A program made the position numbers and the translations under genes. This document shows, one piece after another, positions 13,580-26,664 of a stretch of 64,000 bases of DNA; the stretch's first letter is position 1, and each line of letters begins with the position of its first letter. The notes below the pieces were generated by a model. It was not told where the DNA came from. It was given only the letters and a program-made list of their open reading frames with translations, and did no database searches. The stretch is from Kudoa neothunni (taxonomy: Eukaryota > Animalia > Cnidaria): NCBI GenBank assembly GCA_964304625.1, contig OZ199838.1, positions 13,087,843 to 13,151,842 of the forward strand, given 5' to 3'.

Positions 13580-14958
13580 CACTCCCAGGACTAAACGGAG
13601 TCTATCGTGACCCCATGTTCGGTAAATTTTATTTTTGTAAATGAAAACCTCATAGACTTCAGTATAAAATTCACTTTATCCTAGAAAATATATTCATATC
13701 CTAAATAATCTAAAATTTTTGAAAAATATTAGAATTTATTAGAAAAAAATGCTTGTACAATTGAACACATGTTCTCCATACGCCCACATACTTTATGCTA
13801 TAACTCCACATTTAAATTATCAATAGGTAAAAATAAACAACGAAAAATTATCTCAATTAATGTACATTAAACGTTCAATAAATGCGCAAATTGTAGGTTT
13901 TCCTTTTTCCTATCGAAGAATTGCGATGATGTCATATCATAAGATTGTTAAGATTTATTCACTATATGTATTTTAAACGTTAGAGGTAAACAAAGTACAT
14001 TATCTCATTTTAGATGATTAATTTAAGAAGAAATTTATATTTAGGAATGCCTTTTGATAACAATATCAATAATTTGGGGCTAAATTACAGTATACGTGTA
14101 CCAACTTCGGGGGGAGCACTGTTACTTATTGGTAAATATTTGCGCCAGACTTTCAAGGGTCATTATCATTTGCATTTAAAATATAGTTTAGAACTATTTG
14201 ATAAATGTATTGATATTGGCGAAACGCCTAATTCACAGAATTCATTGATCCACGGAAATGATCACGATGTGCATTTTGTTAACGAAATATTAATCAAAAA
14301 ACTCAAATACGGTGCTATATCTACAAGGGACCTATTTTCTCGTCTCACGGATTCAAAAAACAAATTTTTTTATTGCCAGACATAGCTTAGAAACCGATTG
14401 ATATTATCTTTGACAAAAACTTGCTTTCTCTTTAGGAAACCCCGGAATTAATGTGATTTATTTTTAAATAAATCCATTTTAAATTTTCACATTTAATTTT
14501 TTTGTTTTGAATGTATTGACATACTCAAATATTTCCAACTATGATCCATACTTAACCCTACTTTCAATTTTGTGATCAACGACTTTTCCCGACAATCATG
14601 CCTGATATCTTGTACGGTCTCTTGTGTTCATTTCTTTTCTATAGTTGACTGAACCACGTTATTTTACCTCCAGAAACTTTCAACAATGTAAATACAATAA
14701 AAAAGATATTTGAAACCTAGAATAACAAACGTTTTGATGCAGATGTTTATAATATCCAATCGAAGGATTAATTATATTTTTCTCAACTTTATTCCCTCTA
14801 AAGCAAACTTCTAATCGATTAATATAGCTGTGTAGTGAGTAATAATTACGCGAATAACTTTTGGGGTCAATTGCACAATAAATAAGAAAATGATTACGGG
14901 GTCAAAAACGATCCCCATAGGCACGTACAGAAATTTTCGACATACGGCCTTTCGACGG
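13580..14958. mobile_element. non-autonomous piggyBac-type element
   Basis: Flanked by TTAA at 13576-13579 and 14959-14962, while the paralogous MITE has a single TTAA at 40906-40909. Ends (cactcccaggac / ggcctttcgacgg) and subterminal GG(A/G)GTC..GA(C/T)CCC palindromes (13597-13614, 14898-14916) match the element at 48975-50215. Confidence 0.85.
14182..14440 (+). pseudogene. SPIN/GTF2IRD2-like hAT transposase fragment
   Basis: YSLELFDKCIDIGET...HGNDHDVHFVNEILIKKLKYGAISTRDLFSRLTDSKNKF aligns by eye with the SPIN/GTF2IRD2 segment FSLALDESTDI..T...RGVDENF.V.EELL....GTKSGNEIFSRVEKSLKKF, ungapped over the second block. Confidence 0.6.
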
Positions 14959-15712
14959 TTAACTTGGAGGTCAAGTTCATATTTACCGTAAGTTTTTATA
15001 CTGGTTTGACTACGGCAGAGGCTATTTGAGAGGTAAATTCTGATTCTAAAAGACATGTACGCTCGCATAATGACAATTTTGAACCCCATCATCTCTTACT
15101 CATAAAATGTCTACAGATTTAATTTGTTATATTTTGTTAAATTAAATTATTTCTATCCTAATCCTTCGTTCTTAGGAGTCAGACATAATTAAGAAAATCC
15201 AAAACTAGTGGACACCTAAATATTATTTACCTTGCAAGTAGCCACTTTAAGTATTATTATTATTAGGCTACACCATTAAAAAATAAACGAGCCATATAAA
15301 AACGAGGCCGATTATAGTTTTACAAATAGTTATTAAATATTTGTTTCTAAAAACGTTTTACGCATTCCTGCCAACTTCTTATTGAGTTCAATAACCTTGG
15401 ACAATATAATTCCTTAACAATCCTTTAGTACATCACAAACCTCGTTATGCAAAAATTGCTCCTATTAAATTTGAATGTCATTTTATTTACCCCCTGTCAT
15501 TTAAAATTTACCCCCGGTTGAGAATCCCTGACATAGAGGGTTAACCATATTATAAGTTCGCTTGGTTTCAAATGGGATATCACAGTAATCCATGTAATAT
15601 CTTTTAAATTTTCTTTGTTTATTTTTAAATAACTTATCTAAAATATTGCAAAGTCAATGTGATTTCGAGAACATTAATACCCTATTTTACTGCGCCGGCA
15701 CACATACTATAC

Positions 15713-18700
15713 ATGAGTTCCAGTGTTCACGATGGAAAATTGGAAACCTGTAGTGTTAGCATGCTCCGACCATTTTTCTTTATTAACACCTCACTTTGAA
15801 GAAACATTAAAATTCTACTCAAATGTTTCCATGTGAGTGTGTTATTTTTTCGTGTTGGTGTTAAAGTTAGTATTTTTAGGGAATCACACGACTTAAATTG
15901 CACCCAAGCTGAAGGAGGCGAATTAATTTTTAACAAATATTATTTCAACCAGAAATATGATCATCGTAGAGACAGTCATTTAATTTTTTCACAGTTAAAG
16001 TGGATTAAATTTGTTGGCGCTATTTATTTAAGTATAAATAACTTTTAGAAATAGTACAATGATGTTTCTCCGGTATTTATCCACTCAGCAGAGTATTATT
16101 AATTACATTTTCTTCGGAAATATGTGATTTTTGTTAGAAACAGTCGATTTCTCGTCCAGATCGGCCGGAACGTCTTATCATCAACTATATGGAAATGTTC
16201 TCTCCATAATGGTTAGATTAAAAAGGTCTAATTCCAACTCTAATTCTAATTCCTAATTTTTAATGTTGTTGTAGGGACATTATTTGTTATTCAACGATTG
16301 ACAATCAATGCCCCACCTTGATGAAGAACACATTCGTTGAACACTTGTTTTCATTTCGAAGACACATGTTAGATTGGATAGAGATTATAGTACAGTTTAT
16401 CGAAATGCAACCCAAACAACTTAAAATATTAATATTTGAAAATGTGTCTCAGTCTACTCAGCCACTTGCATATTACACAAAGCATTTGGTGTTTTTGGTT
16501 TATTGGAGTGGTTTGTTGTATCATTTTTGGTTGATGTGTTCTCTTCCATTGCCATATCTCGAGAGAGTCTCGTTGAAATTGTTGATTGAAGATTTCCTCT
16601 ATAATTTATACTTTAAGCCTACCACAACTTTATATTGCAGTTCGGTAGATTGGTCCGTTAAAAAACAAATTAATTATCGTAAAAATAGGAATCCATCAAC
16701 ATTTTTGATATGTTATTATGGAAAAATAATAGAAAATGTGCTTGTGTTGATCTACTTTTTTATTCGCTCATTTGCAATAACACCATTATTGTAATACGTT
16801 AGCTTTGTTGACTAATTCCAATGTCTAACCTTTTCCAGCTCAATAATATATATGAAATTTTATTGACTTGGGTTTGTCGTGATCCCGAAAAATCTTCAAA
16901 TGAATTATTCAATCCAATTATCACTCATGTGTTTATTCTTTACTATGTTAGATATATTGTGTGCGTTTGCGAGCAGTATAATAACTCCTGCACAACGGCT
17001 TCTTGGAATTTAGTTGTTGAGACTGTTCAGCGATTATTTCTGAAATTAAAGGTATCTATCCGAACCACTTTCAATCATATCACTTTCTTTTCGATGGTAG
17101 GAAAACTCCTCCAATTACATTAAACCACTAAAGCTTAAGGCTTATGCTCTCATTGTCGGGTGCCTGGAGACAATTTCAACTAAGTGGGAAGCCAACAGTC
17201 AACTGATTGAACTAGTAGCTTGCGAATTCAAACCGTACATTGTATGTTGTTATATGGCATTTTGTGTGTGTGTGTGTTTGGATAACAAAATGTAGAATGA
17301 TTTTCCTCAGCACCTTTCTTCATCAATAACCCAGTATAATGCCGACAGGTAGTTTTAAGTTACTTTCGCTTCGAATCAAATTATTTAGGTTCCTTACGAG
17401 AAATATGCAAAATTTTGTAGAATCATTGAAATTTGATAGTTTCGTCCAGTCACAGTAATAATTTATAAAAGGTGGGATTTGTGCTGTATAATCGAAATGT
17501 ACTCATAAAAATATAAAATGTGGATGCGTAACCAGTGCGATTCGTAAAAGTTCATACATATATTCTTTTTTTGAATTATATAATGTATTGTCTCAAAAAA
17601 TAGATTTAATTATACATTTTTAATTGGGTTGAAGCTTTTCAAGGTTTGTTTTTTGAAGCTGACTTATGTTATTAGCTCATTTACGGGGGTTTTTATGAAA
17701 CTTTTATGAAAATAATTGAATAAGTATGTTTCAATGTATTAAAAAATGATAAGCTTTATAATTAAGTTGGTTTAATTATGAAGAATGTCATTTTGAGAAT
17801 TAAGGACACGCATGCTAAACGATTTTCTCCATTAATTTATAACGGCAAATTAAGTACATCGCACGGAAGGCTTGAAACAGTAAGGAAAACGTCTGAGCGT
17901 TTTCGAAAAAATTGGGGTCGACTAAAATTATTAGTTTTTTCGCCGATTTTAGTGATGTTTATTGTTATTTTCATTATGGCCTATTCTTAAATTTAAGAAA
18001 TGATATAATAATCAATAAACGGGTGTTTAAGTAATATTTGATTTATCATTTAAATATATTTTATTGATTACATCATTTTCGTATTGAGAGAACACTCTTC
18101 ATGACTTTAATGTCTTTTTTTAATGAAATCATTGATGAATCATTCTAACTTTTACTTAATGAGTTTCTGGATCAAAATGAAACAAGTGACGTAATATCGT
18201 TATATATTGCGTTATTGTTCCTTTCTGTTTATAATCCAACGATTCTTTATCTAATAAAAATTGTTGTACTACATTTCTCATTATTTTCAATCTAGCTTGA
18301 TAAGTCAAATAAGCAAGACAGCAGCCTATTAACAAAATATAAAGAAATATATGGGAAGCATTCAAGCTCTCTTATTCTATTTAACCCTCCCTGTATTGAG
18401 CTCGTGGCCATTACGCCGAAGCCGATGGGGTCACTTTTGACCCCTGATAAAAGCAGTATTAAAAGTTTCAAATTTTTATTAAGTCAGTACATCTTCTGAC
18501 ATAATTTCACGCTATGCATATGTCAATTGGATTCTAATTTTTAGTTTCTGATGTTAATTGTGAGCACGCCCAAGTAGATCAGCTACCACCAATTTAATTA
18601 GATTTTTAACGCCAAAGTCCATGAGAGGTTAACATGAGCCATAAAAACAAAAATATTCGTCGAATTAATCAATTAAAAATTAAAATATACTAAAATCAAG

Positions 18701-21700
18701 TGGGAGCACGACCTCATCGAGGCGGCCGACGTGACAAGCATCTTCGTTATCTTTTGGAAAACTCAAAATGGATTAAATATATTTTGATCGTTTCATTTCT
18801 TTTCAAATCACTGTATTAGGGCGGCATTGAAAATTCATTTTTCATTATCATACCGAATTGTAAAAATATTTTATGAAAAATATAGATATTTTGCTAAGAC
18901 GTTGGAAGGGGTTATAATTGTTATAAACAGTATGCGGTGGAATATATTTTTGATTATACTTTATCATTTAAATTTTTCCTGACTTTTCAATCAAAATAGA
19001 TAATTGAATATTGCCGATTATACTACGTTAACTGTCCGACTCACTAATTGGTAGGAATCGTGTGTATTAAAATTTCCGAATTAAAGTAACCATTAATTTG
19101 TTAGTGTACTTAAAAATCTCTATCTAACAAATGTTACATTTATAATAACAAATTTATGTGAGAAAACCATTAGGGTAACTTGTTACATGAGATAACTTAC
19201 TTTTGTTTGGTATGAATTACGGCATATTTATTTGCCGCAATTAGAACAAGATAATGTGACTCCTTAATCTTGGTCATTGGAAATGAAAGCATCTGTTATG
19301 ATATTGTATTCTTGAAGAATCAAAGTCATCTTATAGGAAATTGTCAGATTCCGATATTTTAAAGTCAGAATCATCGCCGGAATTTGAGTTAAGATTACTT
19401 TGTATAAGTCATTCGATATCGTTATATGTATTATTCGAGATCATATTGTTTAGTAATAAGAAAATATAATTTTAAGATGACAAGTTAATATAAAAAATTA
19501 AGAAAGTTACGTTTCATTAACGCAGAAACGTTAATCTGATTGTGCACAGATTAATTGTCGTTAATCTCATTACAGCTTAGCTAGAAACGAAACTGCATTT
19601 TTGAGTTATTTAAATAAAAACATTAAAATCTAGTTCCAAAATTTAAAATAACAAATAAAAATTAACGCAATGATACCTTTTTGTTGAAAAATAAAGCAAA
19701 AAATAATCTTTCCTCATAAAAATGTGGCATAGATATTTTTAAAATGCTTAAAACGAAATAAAAATTTGTTTAATTCAAAATTCATAGTTTCTTCGAGGGA
19801 TTCCTAGATGCATTAAATGGTGAGATCAGAATTCTTGGAGTTGAAAAGCAAAATAGCTCACGTGGGGTCACATATGACCCCACTTCGGATCGGGAGGGTT
19901 AAAACATTTGTTTTAAGCATTTGATTAAGATTTTTTATAAAGATTCCCATCATTATCTTAAATTCTTTGAACATTTCAAAATTATCAATTTTCTAGTGAA
20001 TTTAATGTATTCTTCGAATTCTTATTATTATTATTAGATAAGTGAGAAAACTTTGTGAATAAGTTCTTTAAATAAATGAAATAAATATTAACGACTATTT
20101 AAATGGTCTCTTGAATAATATGAAGAGAGCGTGGTATTCAAGCCATATATGGATTCATTATATTCAATTCAAATAAATATTGTTTAATGTATGACGCCAC
20201 TTTTCTCAAAATTATTGATTTTTGTAGCTTAAACTTTTTATAACTTTGATTAGAGCTCCCTATCAGATTAAAATTTGGAAGCAATTAATATTTATCATTT
20301 TTCTCATTAAAATGTATTTGTTCAGATCTAACTTAATTTATCAATGGAACTTAAAAATTAACATCTTTAATTCTTCATTCTGTCAAAAATAGCGTCAAAT
20401 GAAACTCGTGGTATTTCAACCTTTAATAGGAAAAACTTCCGTGTATACAGGGTTAATGAACCTAAAATAAATGATATAAATACAAAATTAATCAATATTA
20501 TACTAGGTGTAATAAAAAGGGGGATAAACGATTCTAAATGAGACAAAATTGAGATTCAAACCATTTTGATTCTATTCGAGTGAAAGGCGCGTTAAATATT
20601 ATTGTCAATTTTTATATAATTAGTCATTGCCTTCTGTATTTTTTACGATATTTACAACGTTTACCGCCCAATTATCTCATCATTATCCGTGTCTCACCAA
20701 TACCCACGATTTTTTGCGTTCCATCGGAATTTTTCCACTCCTCACGTTTAGAAACATTGTTTTACGCCATTCGGGTTTATTTTAGTGTTAATATTGCCTT
20801 ATAATAATTACGGATTTTAGAATTTATAGTAACCTTTTCGTTACTCGGTTTTAGCTAACTTTTGTTTATTCCTCCTCTTCCTCAATTGACGTGATTATCA
20901 TAATTTAAAAGTTGGTTGAATTATAAGGGTTATGTTGTTTATAATAGAGTCCAACACATATTTTTGTTATCAGAAGTTTGTTATCAAAACTAGCATGCGA
21001 CTTTACATGAGATATCGATAAAAGAAACTGAAGAAAACTCTTATTTGAATATATTATCTCACAAGATAAAAGTTTATTTATTGCATTTATTCATAATAGT
21101 ATTAAAGTATAAAAACTTTTTCAATTTATATTTAATTTTCTAGTCGATTATAAAACAATATAAAACGCGCAAGCAGTGAATTGAATGTGGTTTTTAATTA
21201 TTGCTAAATGCGTAGGATTTCTTTAAACTTTATTTCGTCTTATCATTCCGATAATTTTGATACAAATATTATTTGTAGTACAAACATAAATTTTTATATT
21301 TTAGCGTATTAACATTATCTAGAATATTTTTGATGATTTTTGGTGATTTTGGTTAAACTGAATAACTAATAATATCTCGTTCCTTTTATTATCAAATATC
21401 ATATTAAAATATACTAAAAATGAAAACTGTATCCAATTTGTAGTGGAATAATTAATATAAGGTCGATTTGTTTACTTTATGGTTAATTAGATAATATTGG
21501 GTTTGCTGACCCTAAACTAAGATACTGCATCAGTTACATTTAGGTATTATAATTTCTAAGATTTGGGAAGTTGTAATATTAATAAAAATAAGCACATATC
21601 TCGCTTAAGTTTGTTGGCAGGTAATCTAATCAACTTTTTTGATAGATTGTCAGATAATACCACCACCATCTTTGAACATGTTGTAGCTTTAGTGGGCATA

Positions 21701-24700
21701 CATTGTTCCTCTGCATATGAAGACCTGCAAAAAACTCGGTGATTTAATTAGCTGGGTATTCTAAACTACATTCGAATACATATTAAAACCAACTAATCTG
21801 TTCGTATTAGGATTTCAAATTATTTCGATTTATCGTTGGTGTGTCAACTGAAAGAGTTAGGAATATATCATATGATGATACTTTTTGTGACTCTAACCAA
21901 ACACATTAATCATCATTTCTATGATCAAATTGTAATTGGTCGGTTATGCTATTATTATGTTTGCTTTTTAATTGATATTTTCGAAGGAACAAGAAATGTT
22001 GACACGATTAAATTATGTGATAGAAAACTGCCAACTTGGAACGGGCGATTCTGCTTGGAAAATATTAGTTAACGGTATGTTTAAATTGGTGTAGTTATGC
22101 ATGCTTTGATTGTAGTAGTAGTATTAATTTATGTTGTTAGCAAACTTGTTGTTTCTTCATTGTACCTCATTAACATCGGGCAATACGCCAGAATTGTTGG
22201 GGAGAAAATTACAAACCATGTTTATTTCGGCTGTCAACACTCTCAAGTATCTCTTTACTTGGATAGTAATTGTTTAATGTATAGTTAAGATTAACTTCAT
22301 CCAAAAAAGGTGATATCAATGACGATTTCAAAAGCAAATATGAACAAATATTTGTTACAAATGTGCTCACTGGTGTGCACGACATTATCAAGAATAACCC
22401 CACAGTCTCAAGCTTTTTTCTTAATCTTTTTGGTGGTATGGTCTACTGTTAGAATTTGCTTACGTTATGAGTTGAAAACATAGTTCATTTTGGTGCAGTT
22501 ATCAATATTAAAAATATCGCTTTTACCAGCCTAGTTTTGGATATTTATTCAGCTGTAATATCCAATCAAGGAATTGAAGAGTAGTTTTAGATTTTTTATT
22601 TTCTCACTGACCCTAATGTATTCAAGGTTGAACAATCAGTCGATAGCATCTAGATATATAAACGATTTGGAGTTGATTATTTCCACGATGTCGTCTTCAA
22701 TTGATCGATTTGAGACTATTACGTTCAAATTATCCAATGTGGTCGCCTTGTTAGTTATCGAGTTATCCAAATCGTGGTCAGTGTATTTTAATATTTTTTA
22801 ATTCTTTCATTCAGCCACCATAGGAATGGGACTTTGCAAAGGGAGATTCTTTTGATTGCTGTAGAAAAATTAGCTTTGAATATAAATTTTCCAATCAGGT
22901 ATGCAGCTGATAAGTTAAATATTGGGTGACATAAGTGTAATGTACGACTTGTATTCAATGATGGCATTTACTACAATTGAAATAATTCTCAATGGGAATA
23001 ATTGTGTTATTTTTAGATATTGTGCTCTTGTATGGCCAAATATCCTTCAAAACACGTATCAAGTCTGTTCACATATGTATCAATCAAATTTTGGTTCAAT
23101 TTTTGCACTATGGTTGTGTTGTCATTTCAGTGTTACAAGTGTCAGTTCCGAAGAACTAACTGATTTCACCAAGTATGGAAAATTCAGAAAAATAATTGAA
23201 TCTTGGCTAATTGAAATTAAATTAATATAAGCTTATTTGGTTTTATTGTAGAAGTTTATTTGTCATTGAAGATTTTGTTGCTTTTTTCCAATTCGTAAGT
23301 TCAAACGAGTGAATATATGACACAATTACTGTCATAATAGAATAAACCAAACTGGCAACAAGAACCGCAGAAAGTGCTTCGACATTTTCTCAAAGAAGTT
23401 GACGACGCAATTATTCACGGTGTATGTTTTTATTATACCAACTTTTCCCGTTATATTTTATGTTGATATGGTTTAATTGGAGTTACTTTTTATAAATTTA
23501 TTTAGAAAAACAATCTCGCCCTACTTAAATCATCCCTAAGTGTATATTTCAAACAACTGACGTGCGTTATTCGAAAGGCTCTCGTTTCCAACCATTCGGA
23601 TTCATTAAAGTGAAACTAACAGATGTTTACAGTTTGTAATAGGGTTATTTTAGAATTTTGTATTGGTTTTTTGCCAAACTAGTCAAATCGGCCAGCATTA
23701 TTCTCTATTCCAAGGTGATTTCAACAGATCAATCTACAACTGACAACATTTATAGTTGGATATTAACTGCATGCTACCACCAATATTGGATATGTTGATC
23801 TTTCCTCAAGATAAAACCAAGTTTCCTGGTAATGCCAAAAAATGGCAGTTGCTCTATTTGGATATGTTTATTTGCGGGCTGGCTCAACTGGATTTCAAAC
23901 GTGATGAATTTATCAAGAGAAAGCTTAAACAATTTTTCACACAATTTTTTGTTGGATTAATCACTCTGTACTATCATCACCCCAGTAAAGATTGCCAGTT
24001 TGTTGTAAGTAGCTGTAGCATTATGAGTTATAATTTGTAACTTATTTGATCAATCGAATTTTCTCAATGTTGCTTGTAGATCATACTTGAGGATACATTT
24101 TCATTGACACCCTCTCCAAATCTATAGTAAGCCCATATGGAAAATTGTTAAGTAGGAGTTGATCCGTGATGTTTAGTGACTTCAGAAATTTTGTGGTTGA
24201 AATTATTAACTTTAGCTATTTGTCTCCGTTCCAACCTGTTAGAACAACACTCGCTGTAAAAATAATTTCCCAAATTTTATTCGATCTATCGTCCTGAGTG
24301 TAATACTTTTTCGGTGTTAGGTGTTTTTCTACCTGAAAACCGTTTTTTTCAAAAACCAAGAATATTCACTTACTTCTGAGAGATTTTGGGGTGCTTTTGC
24401 CTCAAATGTTATACTGTATTGTTCACTTCAAACAACAGCCACTCAATCTTGATACCAAGACACTTTTTGGAATAGGTATAAGCTCAAACAATAGTAATAG
24501 ATGAATTTTGTTTAAATATAATTGTAGTGAACGAAATTTTCGGATATACTATCGGCACCAACATGGAATCAGTTGATGCTACCACTCGAACAAATTTCTA
24601 GTAACTAATCTTTTAAATTTTATTATATGAAATTTTTATAGCGATTTGGTGTTAGAAATACTTAAAGATTTCATCACCAAATTTATCAACCAATACAATG

Positions 24701-24909
24701 TAAACTTTCTCTAAAATCAACGTGGGTTTTTATATATTTATGACTTTATTTAGATGTTGGTAGTTCAGGTGTTGGTCATGGTTAAAGATGCAAGCGGTGA
24801 TTTTCTATTAGAGATGAGATCCGATCTTCTGGGCACAATTAAGAAATCCTATAACAACAATTCAAAATATCACGAAATAATTAGAATATTCAATCAACTT
24901 TTTGTGTAA
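15713..24909 (+). CDS. MMS22L: MMS22-like protein (DNA repair, TONSL partner), many exons, one ~4.2-kb intron
   Basis: Ordered motifs resemble MMS22L: LHNGTLFVIQRL, ASWNLVVETV, GCLETISTKWEAN, CALVWPNI, AKLVKSASIILYSK, MLPPILDMLIFP, LDMFICGLAQLDFKRDEFIKRKLKQFFTQF, LLPQMLYCI. Stop TAA at 24907-24909. The start is tentative, and two homopolymer frameshifts lie near the 5' end (15773-15777, 16311-16314). Confidence 0.75.
17263..17276 (+). repeat. (TG)7 microsatellite in an intron
   Basis: tgtgtgtgtgtgtg read directly from the sequence. Confidence 0.9.
18385..19898. mobile_element. non-autonomous piggyBac-type element inside the long MMS22L intron
   Basis: TTAA|CCCTCCC...GGGAGGG|TTAA (TTAA at 18381-18384 and 19899-19902). 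Subterminal palindromes ggggtcacttttgacccc (18427-18444) and ggggtcacatatgacccc (19864-19881), each preceded by a shared ccgaag when read from the end inward. Confidence 0.85.
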
Positions 24910-26186
24910 TTGTTATCAAATTATTTTCTCCATTTCGAATGGTTCGTTTTCCAATTATTTAAAAGAATTCGTATCGTCTAAATTAGGGGCCGGTAGCGGT
25001 TGGCGCGCCAACCAAATTTGACCTGGGATCTTTCCTCACAGTGTACGCGTGGGGCCTGAGATACAGTTAAATTTCTGCGTTAAAATCGATGTTTTCAGCA
25101 CTACAGAAGCTGAATATAAAATTAAACGGAGTTAATTCAATACTATCCGCCTTTTTAAATATAAATGTGAAAAAAACAAAGTAAAGATTAAAATATTCCA
25201 CCAAAACAAAATTTTAACTTATTTTTATATTTTTACTGATTTTATGATATTAGTCTTATTGTGATGAATGTGGACGTTTAATTATTGTTCTTTACTATTT
25301 CGAACCATCATTTAAATATAGAAAATATTACATTCATTATAACTAAAATTTCATAAATTTTAGAACAAAGAAAATATGTACACCTAGCCATTTCCTCATG
25401 AAAATGTCGAACGTTTGCTATATTTTTCTTGCATCAGAATAAAAGTTTGATTTAAATATCAAAATATAAATTTACTAAGTCAATTTGCAAGTATACTGCG
25501 AAGATGTAAATACACCTAAAGGATGTATGTATATTCTGGCCAGCTGTCTAATTTATTATAATTATCCGGCTGGGGCAATACACTCGGGTTGCCGATCCTG
25601 CTACAATGCTCAATTATCGAAACGTTATAAAATAATCTTAATTCTAGTTGAACCTGCAATGGACAAACAATTCTTTGTAGGAGATTATTTGCGATTAATC
25701 ATCATTAGAATCGTGATATATTCATATTTGAATGAATTCACTTAATTTTGATAATTTTGTCCATAGGATATTTTTTTATTACTAACGAAAGTCCCCAAAA
25801 TAAAGGTAAGAAACATTTGTTGTCAACAAATATGAATTTAAAAGTCAGCAAATTCGGCAAAAGTAATCTGCTGGCACTGCGCATATGCAACTAAATGTTT
25901 TTATTTTATTAGATTTTTTATCACAAACAAGATCGCTAAACGAGAAAATAAATTTCATTAAATTAACGTCAAACGATAAACTAAACAATCGAGAACAGAA
26001 CCACATATATTTATATTGACCACTATTGGTATGTGTTGAAATATCATTTTAACTCAATAATTAAAAAAATTAAGTAGACGCAAAAATGGATGTTTTCCAT
26101 GCGTATTAATCAGGAAACATTAACGGTCACAGCATATGTTCGGAATGGATCGTAGCAACGATCGTCACACTCACGAGGATATTCCA

Positions 26187-26664
26187 ATGGCATCCAAAGC
26201 TGGCAAGAAAACTGAGATGACTGAGATTGCACGCGAGTGCACCATCAATCTACACAAAAGATTGTACAATATGTAAGTTTTTATCGATTTTGTTCCACTT
26301 TGCAATCCTAATGTGCCGATCTAGCTCTCACAAGAGACATGCTATCCGTGCGATCAAGGAAATCAAGTCGTTTGCTCAAAAAAATATGAAAACACCTGTA
26401 GTCAAAGTAGATGGCGAGCTTAACAAATACATATGGAGCAAAGGTTTACGTAAAGTTCCAGTTCGTGTGCGTGTAAGAATGGAACGCAAATTGGCTGAAG
26501 ATGAAGATTCCGCTCATAAATTTTACACCTTGGTCAGCTATGTTCCTGTAGCTTCATTCAAAAGTAATAATTACAATTCTTTTAGATCATTATTTCAATC
26601 GTTTTTAGAACTACAGAATGTTACCAGCGAATTGCTAGAGATTGCTAGAGTTCTGACCGTTTAG
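26187..26664 (+). CDS. RPL31: 60S ribosomal protein eL31, 3 exons
   Basis: MASKAGKK...ARECTINLHKRLYN|ISHKRHAIRAIKEIK...LNKYIWSKG...RVRVRMERK.AEDEDSAHKFYTLVSYVPV. Introns at 26273-26324 (52 nt) and 26564-26608 (45 nt). Confidence 0.97.

Larger units (their letters stand above)
13510..15530. mobile_element. hAT (Charlie/Buster-type) MITE, interrupted by a nested insertion
   Basis: Perfect 13-bp TIR cagggattctcaa...ttgagaatccctg. Segments 13510-13579 and 14963-15530 align colinearly with the uninterrupted copy at 40840-41481. An 8-bp TSD is not preserved here. Confidence 0.85.

Noticed and set aside
15688-15712. U6 snRNA 5'-like string (gccggcacacatactat)
   Set aside because: No ACAGAGA box or downstream U6 sequence. 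It sits directly before the putative MMS22L start.
5385-17815. Kolobok-like termini (ttaaggacac at 5385 and 17800; tatccactttaa near 6684)
   Set aside because: No matching partner ends or transposase could be paired, so they are too short to support a call.
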